Assembly: GCA_903813345.2 (NCBI GenBank)
Contig: CAIIXF020000001.1
Location: forward strand, 18,848,001 to 18,912,000
Source of the DNA: Owenia fusiformis
Lineage: Eukaryota
Direction of reading: 5' to 3'
DNA: 64,000 nucleotides
Part shown: piece by piece, positions 38,201-50,729 of the stretch
Position numbering within the stretch: the stretch's first letter is position 1
How the letters are laid out: the number at the start of each line of letters is the position of its first letter
Translations under genes and position numbers: made by a program
Notes under the pieces: model-generated
Database searches by the model: none
Told to the model about the DNA's origin: nothing
What the model saw: only the letters and a program-made list of their open reading frames with translations

Positions 38201-41200
38201 TTATGTAATATTTCTAACATTTCAGATGCTATGGTAACATCACTTGATAATGAGGTTTTTACATTTCACGTTCTTAATGAGTTAAAAGGAAGTTATTCTC
38301 CCTTTGCTTTAGAGATAAATAGTCGCATGAATTTGTTTAGAAAAATTATAACTTAATTAATTTAACTCCCCCCCCCTGACAGCCCCCATATTTGAAGATT
38401 TTGGGGAAACCTGGCAAAATACATTAATTATTAGGTTTCAGAAGCTATATGATGGCCCCCAGTGGCCCCAAGAATCTATACAGGGGCCCCAAGTGGCCCC
38501 CAGAAGCTATACTGTGCTCCCCAGAAGCTATATGTTGGCCCCCAGAAGCTGAATAATGGCTCCCAAGAGCTATACAGTGGCTCCCAGAAGCTATACAGGA
38601 AACCCTGTGGCCCCCAGGAGCTATACGGTGGCGCCCAGAAGCTATACAGGGGCCCCCAGTGGCCCCAAAAAGCTATACGGTGGCCCCCAGAAGCTACATT
38701 GGGGCCCCCAGAAGCTATACTATGGCCCCCAGAAGCTATACAAGGGCCCCCAGAAGCTATATTATGGTCTCCAGAAGCTATATGGTGGCCCCCAGTGGCC
38801 CTCGGAAGCTATATGATGGCCTCCAGAAGCTAATTAGTGGCCCCCAGGAGCTATACAGTGGCTCCCAGAAGCTATACAGGGGACCCCAGTGGCCCCAAGA
38901 AGCTAAACGATGGCCCCCAGAAGCTATACAGGAGCCCCAAAAAGCTACATGATGGCCCCAAGAATCTATATGATGGCCCCCAATGGCTCCCAGAAGATGT
39001 GAAGGGCCCCCAGTAGCCCCTAGAAGCTATACGGTGGCCCCCAGTGGCCCTCATAGGCTATATGATGGCCCCCAGAAGCTAAATAGTGACCCTCAGGAGC
39101 TACATGGTGGTTCCCAGAAGCTACACAATGGCCCCAAGAATCTATATGGTGGCCCCCAATGGCTCCCAGAAGCTATAAAGGGCCCCCCAGTAGCCCCTAG
39201 AACCTATACGGTGGCCCTCAGTGGCCCCGAAAGCTATATAGTGGCCACCAGAAGCTATACAGGGGCCCACAGTGGCTCCCAGAAGCTAAACGATGGCCCC
39301 CAGAAGCTATGCAAAGGCCTGCAGAAACTGTACTGTAGCCCCCAGAAGCTATACAGGGGCCCCCAGTGGCTCCCAGAAGCTATAAGATGGCCCCCAGAAG
39401 CTATGCAAGGGCCCGCAGAAACTATACGGTAGCCCCCATAAGCTATACGATGGCCTCCAGAAGCTATACAGTGTCCCCCAATGGGCCACCATATAGCTTT
39501 GGGGGCCACCGTATAGCTTCTAGGGGCTACTGGGGGCCCTGTATAGCTTCTGGGAGCCATTGGGGGCCATCATATAGATTCTGGTTGCCATCGTGTAGCT
39601 TCTGGGGGCTGCTGTATAGCTTCTGGGGGCCATCGTATAGCTTCTTGGGGCCACTGGGGTTCCCTGTATAGCTTCTGGGTGCCACCATATAGCTCCTGGG
39701 GGCCACTAATTAGCTTCTGGGGGCCATCATATAGCTTCTGAGGGCCACTGGGGGCCACCATATAGCTTCTGGAGACCACAGTATAGTTTCTGTGGGCCCT
39801 TGTATAGCTTCTGGGGGCCATCGTTTACCTTCTGGGGGCCACTTGGATCCCCTGTATAGATTCTTGGGGCCACTGGGGGCCATTATATAGCTTCTGGGGG
39901 CTTCTGGAACCTAATAATTAATGTATTTTGCCAGGTTTCACCAAAATCTTCAAATATGGGGGCTGTCAGGAGGGGGTTAAATTAAGTTATAATTTTTCTA
40001 AACAAATTCATGTGACTATTTATCTCTAAAGCAAAGGGAGAATAACTTTCTTTTAACTCATTAAGAACGTGAAATGTAAAAACCTCATTATCAAGTGATG
40101 TTACCATAGCATCTGAAATGTTAGAAATATTACATAAACCATATGATGAATCATCTTCACTTCTAATCATGCTTTATACTTCAGATACTTTAAGAATCAA
40201 GAATATGAAGAATATGATGAAAATCAGACTATATGTATACTATTTATATGAATCATTGAAAGTGCATGGTAAATTATAAGATTGGATCTTTAATATACAG
40301 GGTCGAGATAACCGTTTTGACCCCTGTGAATGATAGTCAAAATACATGTAACCTTTCCACATACTTATTAGTTCAGTTCAATACATGCACATTTTTACTC
40401 AATAAGATTGAAACAACTATGGTTGTTACTTTTTTTGTTAATTTAATATTCTTTTTATAATTGTCAAACAATTACGTTCACAGTAGCTGCCTCCAAAGCT
40501 GGATAATTTTGTTAATTCTGATCCAATTTTGAAGATTTGTTGTCTCTTTAATGTTGCTTATATCTTCCACTCATCAAATAAAGGACAAAACTATGCACAC
40601 ATTCTGTCATACGGCCTCAGTTCTAATAGATATGTTGCTATACTAGGATATTCTGAACCAAAAATGGATTGATGACGTCACAATTAATGCAAATTAGCTA
40701 ATTTGCATAACTTAATATTGTAACCATATAGCAAATTTAATAAGGTTTAATCAGATACCAATATCATCTCTATAGACCAAATAATGGCGAAGCTACATTG
40801 ATTCAAGACTCCAAGGTAAGATGTATGTATATTATTGTCAAATAATGACATTCACGATAGCTGCCTCGAAAGTTACATAACTTTCGTAATACTGATTCAA
40901 TTTTGAATCTGTTTTCACTTTTATGTTGCTTATACCTTCTACTAAAAGAATAAAGGACAAAATCTTTCAGAAATTTTGCCATACGGCCTCAGTTCTAATA
41001 GATATGTTGCTACAGTTGGAAATTCTGAACCAAAAATAGATTGATGACGTCATAAGTTATGCAAATTAGATAATTTGCATAATTGAATATCAGAAATTTA
41101 TTGAAAATTTAACGAGGTTCAATTTGGTACCAATATCATTTCTATAGACCAAATAATGACAGAGCTACAAATGATTTAAGATACCAAGGTAAGATGTCTA

Positions 41201-44200
41201 AAGATGCGTAACCATGGTAACTGAATGCCGCCATAAAAGTACTATGGGACATTAGTTGGCAATGTTAACAAATGGATTCATTAAATAGACACCCTAGGGA
41301 TTACAAAAATGTATGTAACTTATTCACACCTTATGGGTGCATGGGAACCCCTTGTTCCTACTATACTAAATGTGATGTATAATGTTAATTTTACAGCTGA
41401 TTATATAGGCCTTGAATATAATGCTCTTTGTAGTTTAAACTTAAGAGATGAAGTGTATTGCATCAATCACGTGGTAGGGATTTTGACAAAATAAAAAACA
41501 AGGCATTAACATGCAAAATGTCAACACATGCCATTTGTTACAGATGTCGAACACCGACTGCCAAACATTGTCTGCAAAAATGTTGGAGGATACAACATTA
41601 TATCACTTGTGGTGGTGACATAAAAATTAGGCTGTTAAATTCTGTAACCTGGAAACAACCCAAGTAAGTCCATTTCAACACACTAAAACCTAAGTGAACA
41701 TTTTTTGCCAGGAATAAATTTTCAGTGTTGGTTGGTTTTCGCTACAGAGGGGTAATACAGAAGTCAGTAGAGTATGTGCAGGGGAAGGGTGTCTACTAGA
41801 TTCAGATGTTCGCTAGAGAGAGGTGTTAACTAAGACAGCTTTTACTGTCAAATAATTAAGTCAAAATTATGATTAAGGGGAATATGAATTTCAAAACTCT
41901 TCTCCCAGGCCAATGGTCTATGTCAAAATCCCAAACAGGCCTCTAGGACAATACTGCATATCAAAATCCAGAGCCTCTCTCTGCCTGTGGGGGTTCGCTA
42001 ACAAACCTTTGAATATACTGTTGAAAACCTCATACTTTTAACAATCACATGATGACTACTAACAGCTGATGAATCATAAAACCAATAAAACTGATCAATA
42101 TTCAGTGCAAAATAATAACATTGTTGTCATTGATTTTATGGTAATACTAATAATACAAAGCTTAGACAGATGAACAATTTTGCCAATTTTACACTGATCA
42201 TGTCAAAGATATGAAAACAGACATGCATTACAATCCAACATTCATAAACACCTAAAATCCATAAACACCTAAAATCCATAAATCACAACAGACTATACTT
42301 TAGAAATAGAGTAACATATTGTTAAAGGAATATTCCTTGCCAAACCATCTCTCTCCTCATATGGTAGCTATAATCATATATATGCTTGCCATGTTTAGCA
42401 AAACACGCAAAATGGTTTGATATGGTCAAATTTGATCACTTAGAAATGTGATGCTCAATTCCAGTAAGCTGCCATCTTTTAAAATTTCACACAGGAAGTG
42501 ATGTCATAGACTCTCAACTTTGCATATAGCATTAGGTGAGGAGCTATTAAGAATTACAAAACCAGCTAAATATTCTTTTTCAACTTTGTATCTTATTTAA
42601 TCCTTCTGAAAATCTCTTCTTTTATTCTAAGTTGACAAGCCCTGAAAATATTTTTGCACAGAAAGTAATGATCACTTGTCTAGAAGTGATTTTGTGCTAC
42701 TTTCCTATACTGTTATAGGCAAGGTTATAGAAGTTGAGAGTTGATGACATCACTTCCTGCAAGAAATCTTAAAAGATGGCAGCTCACTGGAAATAAGCAC
42801 TTTTAAATGATCAATATTGACCATATTAAAACATTTTCCCATGTTTTGCTAAATATGGAAACTACATATATGATTATAGCTACCATATCAAGAGAGAAAG
42901 GCTCTGGCAAGGAATATTCCTTTAAGGCAATGTTCTACAATGCCTCAACCTTAATTTCAATGTAAGAACAAGTTATACAAGACCTGACATTTGATATCAT
43001 AGATGTATATAACATTACTGTATCAGCAATTTAGCCTACTGCTACATGTGTATGACGAGCAAAAGTATTTTTGGTATAAAAGAATTCCATTCCAGCGTTT
43101 TGCACTGTCAACTTTTTCACGGGACTTGCTCTGTTTACAATCAGAAATTAACTAATATGAGAAGGTAAGGAAACTTACCTTGTGTCACCTTCTTCCTTGG
43201 AGAGAAAACAGATGACCAATTATCATTGAATAGATATCCATCATCTTTCTTGCCAAGAACTATTTTGTCTTTACCAATGTCTAACATTTCTTCAGAATCC
43301 CCAATGGAGTTGCTAGCTGAGCTATCATCCAGTCTTGGTGGCATGTCTCCTAACTGTAACTTAGGGAATTGTTGGTCAACTACATTGGTCTGCCAAAGGG
43401 TCTGCTCGTTGTATTTCTCAAGGACATCAGGGTGGATGAGAAGCAATGCTAGAGAAGCCATAACTAGGATGTGCCCAAACTGGAAAATATACAATGATAA
43501 CTTTTTACATTATCATACTTACATAGTTATAATATTAGGTACGAAAAATTTCGAACGGAATGCGTGACATATACGTAATTCGCGTGAAAAGTCCGAACGA
43601 AATGTGTACATTTTTTTCGGCGTTCGTATTTTTGCTGTGTAGACGATCTTTTTTAGAAATTTTTCTACAGAAATATTTTTGCTTGACAATTACCAGGTAA
43701 AATGCGTATTTGCGTGACATTTTCTGTCACGCAAAAATAACTGGCGTGACTTCAAATTCTTCAGCAAATGCGTGACAAATACGCAAATTGCGGGACAGTT
43801 GACAGGCCTGTGGTATGTATACCGTATTCTCTGTAATTACCGCCCACTCTCTAATAAGCGCCCACCCCGCTTCACAAAGTTCAAGAAACATCGAGGAATC
43901 ATAATAATCCATAATGAATGAAGGAATTGTTCTTTATCGGCATTCAGAAATTTCAAAAGCTACTGCGCAGATGTTCTGCGCATGTCAAGGTCGTGAACTT
44001 TCTGGTTTCTTTTTAATGTTTCTCGACTTTTACACGACTTTTGCACGAATAATGATGATCTCTCATCAAATTAGAAATAATGTATAACTTTAGATCGATA
44101 TCCAGCAGTCTCTAGTGGAAATATTGAAGGTAATCAGCGATAATGACAAAGTGGGCGTGCCGGAAATAAATTAGACATAGACGGGTCTTCAACCACTGTC

Positions 44201-47200
44201 AATATTGTCTAAGCGATCTTTACCGTATTCTCTCCAATAACAGCACTTGTCATATTATTATAAAAATATGTTGAAGAAAATGCATTCTTGTCAAGAAAAA
44301 TTGCCATACATGAAATTCCTCGGGATTTCTGATTTCTTTCATACATGGGCGCTTATTAGAATGGTCTAAATAATGTATTTTCAATTTTCTAAACGCCCTG
44401 GGCGCTAATTACAGAGAATACGGTATGTATATAGCAATAAAAGCCTTTAAACCAATAATTGGAAGATGGAGAGGAGTGGTTCTATCTTTATATGAGTCGT
44501 CATAAGTGGAAATACCCGAGAGGTTCACTTTACATGGAGTCTATGAACTCTGAGATATTGCCCCTCTAAGTCGTCATTTAAATAATTACAGGGTGTCAAA
44601 TAAGTCCTGCCCCCCCCCCCTCTACAGCCAAAACCAAGATAATTGGTACCAAGTGTGATATATCATTGGAAAGGTCTTCCAAAGTTACGTTGATTGGCAT
44701 ATATCTGACACATGTCAATCAATTTCACAAATTTTTACATTGTATCAATTGAGGTGACCATATGCCTAGAAACATGGCAATTTTGCTTATTTGGCAGGAT
44801 TTTAAGAATCTGGTATAAGAAAGGTCAAGGGACCAAAAGATGACTAAATATGTTTATTGCGATGAATTTAACCAATTTCTGGATAGGGTTAGATGTGTAG
44901 AAAATAGAGGTTTAAGGAAAGTGCTGAAAACCTTTTTGTAACAAGTGGAATGTGAAAAATATTAACTTTTTGACATATTTCTGGGGTCATATCCTTGTCA
45001 TTTTGATGCAAAAAAAGCTACTTAAAGGAGGGCACGTTAACTATAAAAGACATCATAAAAATATAGGTAAACTTCATCCAAAATACTTGAGAGTTGGTAA
45101 GTTTACATAACTTTGGATGATCTTTCCAATGGTATATCACACAAGGTACCGTCTGTTAAGGTTTTAGCTGTAGCAGGGGGGACGGGACTTATTTGACACC
45201 CTGTATATGAAAATGTTACAGATTCAATATGTTTCACTCATAAAAATGATCTAAAATTATGTGATACTTATGATTATTTATCTTGTGCTAAGACCATCTC
45301 AGGCTCTGGTTTTGCAGACCTCCTATAGAACTTTATTATTTTTCAAAAGTTGAAAAAAATCAGCTCTAGCTCTGCATATATTTCTTACCTCGATCGATTT
45401 TAAACATGAGCCTGAATATTCCTTTAAAGCCAAAAACGGTATTTAAACCAGCCAGTTTTTGAAAATGTCCGCCATCAACTTCAGAAATCATTTCCGAGTA
45501 CAGTTAAATAGAGACATATAAAGGCATTACCCAATCCATTGAAGGTACATTTGGTTTCTTTGTTAGCTGGTTACATTACCGAAATGAGGTTACATCAAGT
45601 TTCTTTGATACGAAGATATCCTCACAATGTAACCTCACTTGTACCCTTTGCATTCGTTTGACTTCACTTCTTAAAAGAGAGCTTCGTCTTCACTCTTTCA
45701 AACTAAAATAAACCTGTGAAATCACCGCGCCAATCAGTGTTCGTCGGCCAAATTTGACCGACGTTCTATATATGGTCATTCCTTCTGACGTCATCGTTGA
45801 GCCCGGATTTGACCAATGACATGCGCATAGAACGCATTTGGCGTATGTTTCTTCAAGCTCGCTGATTGGTGTTAGAAAGGTCAGCGCCTAGGTCAAAAGT
45901 AATTTATTACCCAAACTGTCACCAGTACCCGTCGTGGGGGCGGGGCTACTTAACTGTAATATGGTCTCTACTAGGCACAGGGTTCGAACTTAACTTTTTA
46001 GACTGGTAGTGAAAATAGTTACCTGACATTTTTTCTAGGTAACTAAATTCCAAAGTAAGGTAGTTTTTTTACCGGTTGAAAAAATTTCGATAGACACAGT
46101 TTTCCTTGACACTAAAAACAAATCTATCGATCTGTTGATCTCAAGTTTATTATAGTTTACAAAATAAACCCTCCCCCTTTAATATGACATTAAAATAAGA
46201 TATAAAAAGAACTGGATCATACAGGACTATCCTTCTTTCCAGAATGATAGATATAGATATATTTGCCTGAAAAAATAGTATTTTTCTGACTCAAAAGTAA
46301 ATAGAATTAGCTTTAAAAGACCTTAGAAGAATGTTTCAAGTCAATCAATTCAGAGAAAAGATGTTGTCTTATGAGAACATAAACATTGGTAGTCATGTGA
46401 TCAGACCAAATTATAATAGACCAATCATGTTGTTTCAACATTCAAATTTAAATTTCCCACTATAATAAACATTCCTAAGTGGCTCAAAGTGAAAGGTCAA
46501 CCTGCTTAATTTATGCAGCTGTTGCGTTTGAAAGTTTCCCTCCCCAAGATTTTATTTTTTTTATTTCAAATCTACATTGTGAAATGGGAACTGCAAACTT
46601 TATTGAAGGGGGTATGCTTATTGAAAGCAATTACTAGTATTTTTCTCAATAGATGTCTCCCTCACTCACTAATCAACAGGAAGTTAGCAATCTTCAAAAA
46701 GTATCTTAATAATACGGTGATTTTACCTGAAAATTGCCGATTTTTAAGACTTTATTTTAGAAAAATAAGAAAGTGTATGGTAAGTAAACACTTTATCTTA
46801 TGTTTTGAGAAGTTATAGCCTAAAAGCTGAAGTGAAAGAGGACGAAAAGTGCCAAAGAAAAAATGTTTTATCACGGCAGCATATTTTCATTCTCAGCATT
46901 TTTTCAATTGAGAAGTTGAGTTGACGATCGTATAGAGATCTTCCCATAAACCAGGAAACTGTTTTCGTTACTTGGGCATGTTGCTAGGTAACGATTTGAG
47001 AAAATGGAGGAACGAATCGTTACTTCCGCAACGCTAATTTCGAACCCTGAGGCAGAGTGTAGTTTAACTAGACTCTGCACGCAGGGTACCTCACTTGGTA
47101 AATCTTGTAATGTACTCAGAAATAATTACCAAAATTAATGGTGGACATTTTGAAACAGTAGCCGATTAATGATTGGATACCTGTGCCATTTGAGACAGTC

Positions 47201-48773
47201 TCAACTTTTTGGGCTTTGAAAGAACATTTAGCATGGTGTTTAAATTGACTGAGGTTAGAAATATGTGGGTACCTAGCAACATTATTTTTCGACTTCTGAA
47301 ATATAAAGTGTGGTTCTATTGTATACAGGCATATGACCAAAATGTAGATGTTATTTACTCACTTCGAGAGCCATGTTAGATTTTGAAACTTATGGCTCTC
47401 AAACGGGGAAATGGACAGCTGAATAATAGTGACCTTTTAAACACAAATTAAGTCGATCAGCTGCCTACTTTTGCATCATTATCATCCTTCCGTGCAAGTA
47501 TTGGAGCGCTGAAGTACTTCCTTTTCGATCAAAACTTGTAATTGTTAGTCGAATAAATGTTTTTACTGCCAAATTCCAATATGGCATTTTTTGCTCGGAC
47601 ATTTCCGTGAATCTCCAGAGGTTGTTCGAACCTAATCATTCTCAAAATTCATTTCGTTCATTGCATATCTTGCTCCTAGCAAACCCCCATATTGGAAATG
47701 GGTTGAAAAAACATTCACTCGATGAACAATTTACAAGTCTTGATTGAAAAAGAAGTAAAGTGGGGGACAAAAATAAATCTCAACCCTCAAAAGTTGTCAC
47801 AATGAGCTAAATTCTAAGTTTCATGTCTCAAACTCTCCCAAGTGGTAGAAAAATAATTCCCATCCACTTTAAGTAGCACAATAAATGAATCCAAAGCCTC
47901 ATACCTGCAAATGATGGATAAATCCCTACCAAATCGGACTAATGTTTTCATGAATCGCCATGTTTGTGATCCAAGGAGGATTGACTCCCAGAATGCAACA
48001 TCAAGTAACCTTATTTATTCGTGACGTATTTCAAAACGGCGGAATGGCATTTTGAAAGCTGACACGTGTCATGTTGCATTCTGGGAGCCAACCCACATTG
48101 CGGCGTAATCTGGCTCCAAAATCACCTCAACATTTGAAGAGTCGGCATTAACATGTGAATTCCACATCAAATTTTTAAGTTCTTATTTGTCATTATGGAC
48201 ACAAATTCCACTATATCTGGACTTACTATGACAGAGAAAATAGAGCACTGAATACACTGAGGTAAGAATTTATTACATATGCGACAACATGTAATTTCCA
48301 TAGGTTTTGTAATTCTTTATGCCCCCCACTGTATTTCAGCGCTCCAATACTTGCACGGATTGATGATACTGATGTAAGACACAGTTAGAGACCAAAAGTA
48401 AGCCGCTGAAATCTTTATTCATATTTTAAAGGTCACTATTATTCAGCTGTCTAAGTGTGCCGTGGGAAAGCTATTGTATCAAAATTCACATAGCTTTCGC
48501 AGGAAGTAAGATGTTATGAAACCCAATGTATAAAATAAGAAGAATGAAACCAGTCCACGTATGGTGTGTCAACAATCTGAGATTTCTCAAATAGCCTATA
48601 ATGTCACCAACACTAAACTCGTATGCGTTATACAGTTATTTAGAATTACATTGAGTTTAAAAGATGATATTTACCAAGATAAGGATTCCCAACAAAATTG
48701 TCCCAGTCCGAACATGACAACAACAACAGCATCTGTACTGTTTGGGGTCATCCTTCTCGAACTTCAACCGCAT
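35295..48773 (-). CDS. LAPTM4: Lysosomal-associated transmembrane protein 4 (LAPTM4A/B-like), 6 coding exons, 291 aa
   Basis: Minus-strand exons 48773-48675, 43479-43179, 36883-36807, 36542-36420, 36122-35925, 35372-35295. Motifs: RCCCCCHVRTGTILLG, LMPFFC, IKAYLIGMVWACYKFL, and C-terminal PY motifs LPPKY and PPPAY. Confidence 0.93.
36980..41368. mobile_element. Academ-type foldback element, 4389 bp, ~1.46-kb TIRs, 3-bp TSD
   Basis: AAT|TAGTATAGTAGGAACAAGGGG...CCCCTTGTTCCTACTATACTA|AAT. Arms 36980-38444 and 39901-41368 are nearly identical. Each arm contains two diverged ~373-bp subrepeats (starting 37154 and 37527 in the left arm). Confidence 0.92.
38440..39905. repeat. GC-rich minisatellite (~21-bp unit GGCCCCCAGAAGCTATAnnnT, 10-bp subunit GGCCCCCAGT) switching strand at ~39482
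   Basis: CCCCAGAAGCTATA repeats run on + up to ~39480, then appear as TATAGCTTCTGGGG from ~39490 to ~39900. Confidence 0.95.
41497..41625 (+). mobile_element. Short HINE-like dispersed repeat
   Basis: AACAAGGCATTAACATGCAAAATGTC...TCACTTGTGGTGGTGACATAAAAA. Related copies at 58695-58866 and 29858-30008(-); ends only at ~5300, ~7190, ~49940 and ~63125. Confidence 0.65.
42326..42921. mobile_element. Kolobok-type MITE (TTAA TSD)
   Basis: TTAA|AGGAATATTCCTTGCCA...TGGCAAGGAATATTCCT|TTAA; the arms pair imperfectly over >200 bp. Confidence 0.85.
43822..44423. mobile_element. Tc1/mariner-pogo-type MITE (TA TSD)
   Basis: TA|CCGTATTCTCTGTAATTAcCGCCCA ... TGGGCGcTAATTACAGAGAATACGG|TA. Confidence 0.85.
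44589..45203. mobile_element. Tc1/mariner-type MITE (TA TSD)
   Basis: TA|CAGGGTGTCAAATAAGTCC ... GGACTTATTTGACACCCTG|TA; the arms extend imperfectly to ~110 bp. Confidence 0.88.
45642..47088 (-). mobile_element. Full copy of the AcademH-type element, interrupted by a nested insertion
   Basis: CCTCACTTG|TACCC...GGGTA|CCTCACTTG (TSD 45633-45641 and 47089-47097); reverse complement of 5933-6299. Confidence 0.9.
45978..47049. mobile_element. hAT-like element with 5-bp TSD, nested in the AcademH copy
   Basis: AGGCA|CAGGGTTCGAACTTA...TAATTTCGAACCCTG|AGGCA. The empty site CTAGGCAGAGTG is present (reverse complement) in the 5933 copy. Confidence 0.88.
47356..48508. mobile_element. Old MITE with degenerate long TIRs in LAPTM4 intron 1
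   Basis: Inverted pairs ACAGCTGAATAATAGTGACCTTT (~47415/~48450), CCGTGCAAGTATTGGAGC (~47490/~48358) and CTCCCAGAATGCAACAT. Confidence 0.7.
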
Positions 48774-50729
48774 CGTGAATTTAAATAGCTTTTTGATGTC
48801 TTCAATAACTTATGTGTAATACGTTGGAATAACAAAACAGATCTAATTCGTTTATGAAGTCAAATTCGTAAGTTTCTTTCTTTTGTTTTTCTTTTCCTGC
48901 AAAATTTCCAAAATGGCTGATTATTTGAAATGACGTCATGATCATGTTGTATATCAGTACGCGTAGATTTTCAAAGTAGATGATCACGCCAGTTTTTTAC
49001 TAAATGCAAGTGAGATCAAGTGAGCTATATAGTTCAATAAGTTCTTAATTCATATAAAATGATAATGTGATTGATCAATTTAATGCACTATTTACAATAT
49101 ATTCGGCACTACTTTCTACTCCCTAGAACATAGGTCCTCCCATCTTTCTTCGAACTCCTATGCAGTGTCTCGGTATATCACTGCACGGGAGTTCGATCTT
49201 TCTTTAGAAAAGAAAACCAATAGATCTATTACACACATTCATGGTGTTAGTGAAGTAGAAAAGGGGTCCACAGTCCTGAAGAAATACAGGGGAAAGCAGT
49301 GAACACAAAGGCCAAAATCAGTATAAACAAACATAACAAAGGGAGTATCAGATCGAGCAAGCAATCTTGACAAAACTTTTTCAATTTTAGAATACAAAGT
49401 TGCCGCCCAATTCCCCTGTAATTTTAGTACCATGTAAATGAATACCATAAGTAGTACATGGTAATATTGTAAGTCTGCCAAATCAAATAGCTGCCAAATG
49501 TTAAAAACATCAAATCCGCCAAAATAAGAAGCACCAAATTAAGTAGAAGTACAGCATTTTGGGCTCTCAGATCATCATTCTTTGTTGACATGTCTAATCT
49601 ATTTTCTAAAAATAATTTGCAGTTTGCACCCATTTACTCATATCATAATAGGCAACCCAATGCTCCTATGATACATCTAGTAGACAATCCTATGCGCAAA
49701 ATGTAACTTAATCGTTTATCCCAAACCTGTCAATTCAAAGCCTTAGTTTTTACAAAAAATCAGAGTATCAAAGTATGTATTTATGTAAATGTATCCTTCT
49801 GGTCCAAGGGTATTTCACCTGAATTTAAGCATAAATGAAGTCCTTTGAAGAACATGTCAATGGTACAAATTCGATTTCAATAACCTCCAAAACATCACCC
49901 AAGCTAGTTAATCTCTTAAAAGTTACCAGTGTTTGATTACAATATCCTTAAATTGTTGTGGTGGTGACAATAAAAATGATGACATGAATGACAAGTTAGG
50001 TTTAGAAACTGTATTTTGCCTTAGCTGTTATATGATCATCTTTGAGTGGCAAACATGTTCGTGATTTATTTCTGATATATGATTAATCTTAATACATGCA
50101 GCAATTAAAACAATCAACAGAAACTAATAAATATAGTTGGCTATTATTTATTTGTCAAATAACATAATGATGATTACATGTAGATTACAATGACTATAAT
50201 AAATAAATATGCTAATTAAGTAAACATTTACTTTGGAAAGTACAGGGCTCAGTGAAAATAACATCTGCACTACAACGGGTTTCAAAACAATGATATTATA
50301 TCTTTTTTATGGCAGACAGTGAAGCAAAGTTTGGAGTAAAGGATAAAGGTCTTTTACACTTTGTAAAATGCTTAAAAATCTAGTGTGATTATTCATCTTG
50401 TTCAACTGAATAAACACTACAGTAGCCAGTTTTCATGGAGTCCAAATATTTTAAGGAGGGATGTTATTGCCTATTTTACTGACCATGTGTTACAATGTGC
50501 GATGATGAAACTGGAATGACTTTGATGTGTATAAGACAAAAATTTTGACCAAACTTTTGCCAATTTCTATGAAGAGAGTCATAAAAAGGTCAAGAAAGTA
50601 GGCTAGATTTTTGGAAGATATTTAGATTAACTTCATGCGATACATACACACAGTTCTTAAATGATACTAAATATTTTCTGAATGAAACTAATACAGGAAT
50701 CTTGTAGTTGTACATGTACAGTAATACAA

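Noticed and set aside
38462-39821. Many overlapping repetitive ORFs (YGGPQKL / VAPRSYT / WPPEAI) resembling a structural or adhesive protein
   Set aside because: They arise in several frames and on both strands from a 21-bp minisatellite inside a TIR element, and contain frameshifts and stops. I saw no signal peptide or splice support.
37887-40460. Duplicated ORF pairs (64 aa and 62-72 aa) on opposite strands
   Set aside because: Mirror images produced by the foldback arms; no recognisable domain.
36980-41368. Polinton/Maverick interpretation of the long-TIR element
   Set aside because: No 6-bp TSD (flanks ACAATT versus AAATGT) and no coding capacity; TAG..CTA with a 3-bp TSD fits better.
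47904-47961. Possible LAPTM4 first coding exon (minus-strand ATG plus donor)
   Set aside because: In-frame TAG after 11 codons and located inside a MITE. The exon with CCCCHVRTGT is at 48773-48675.
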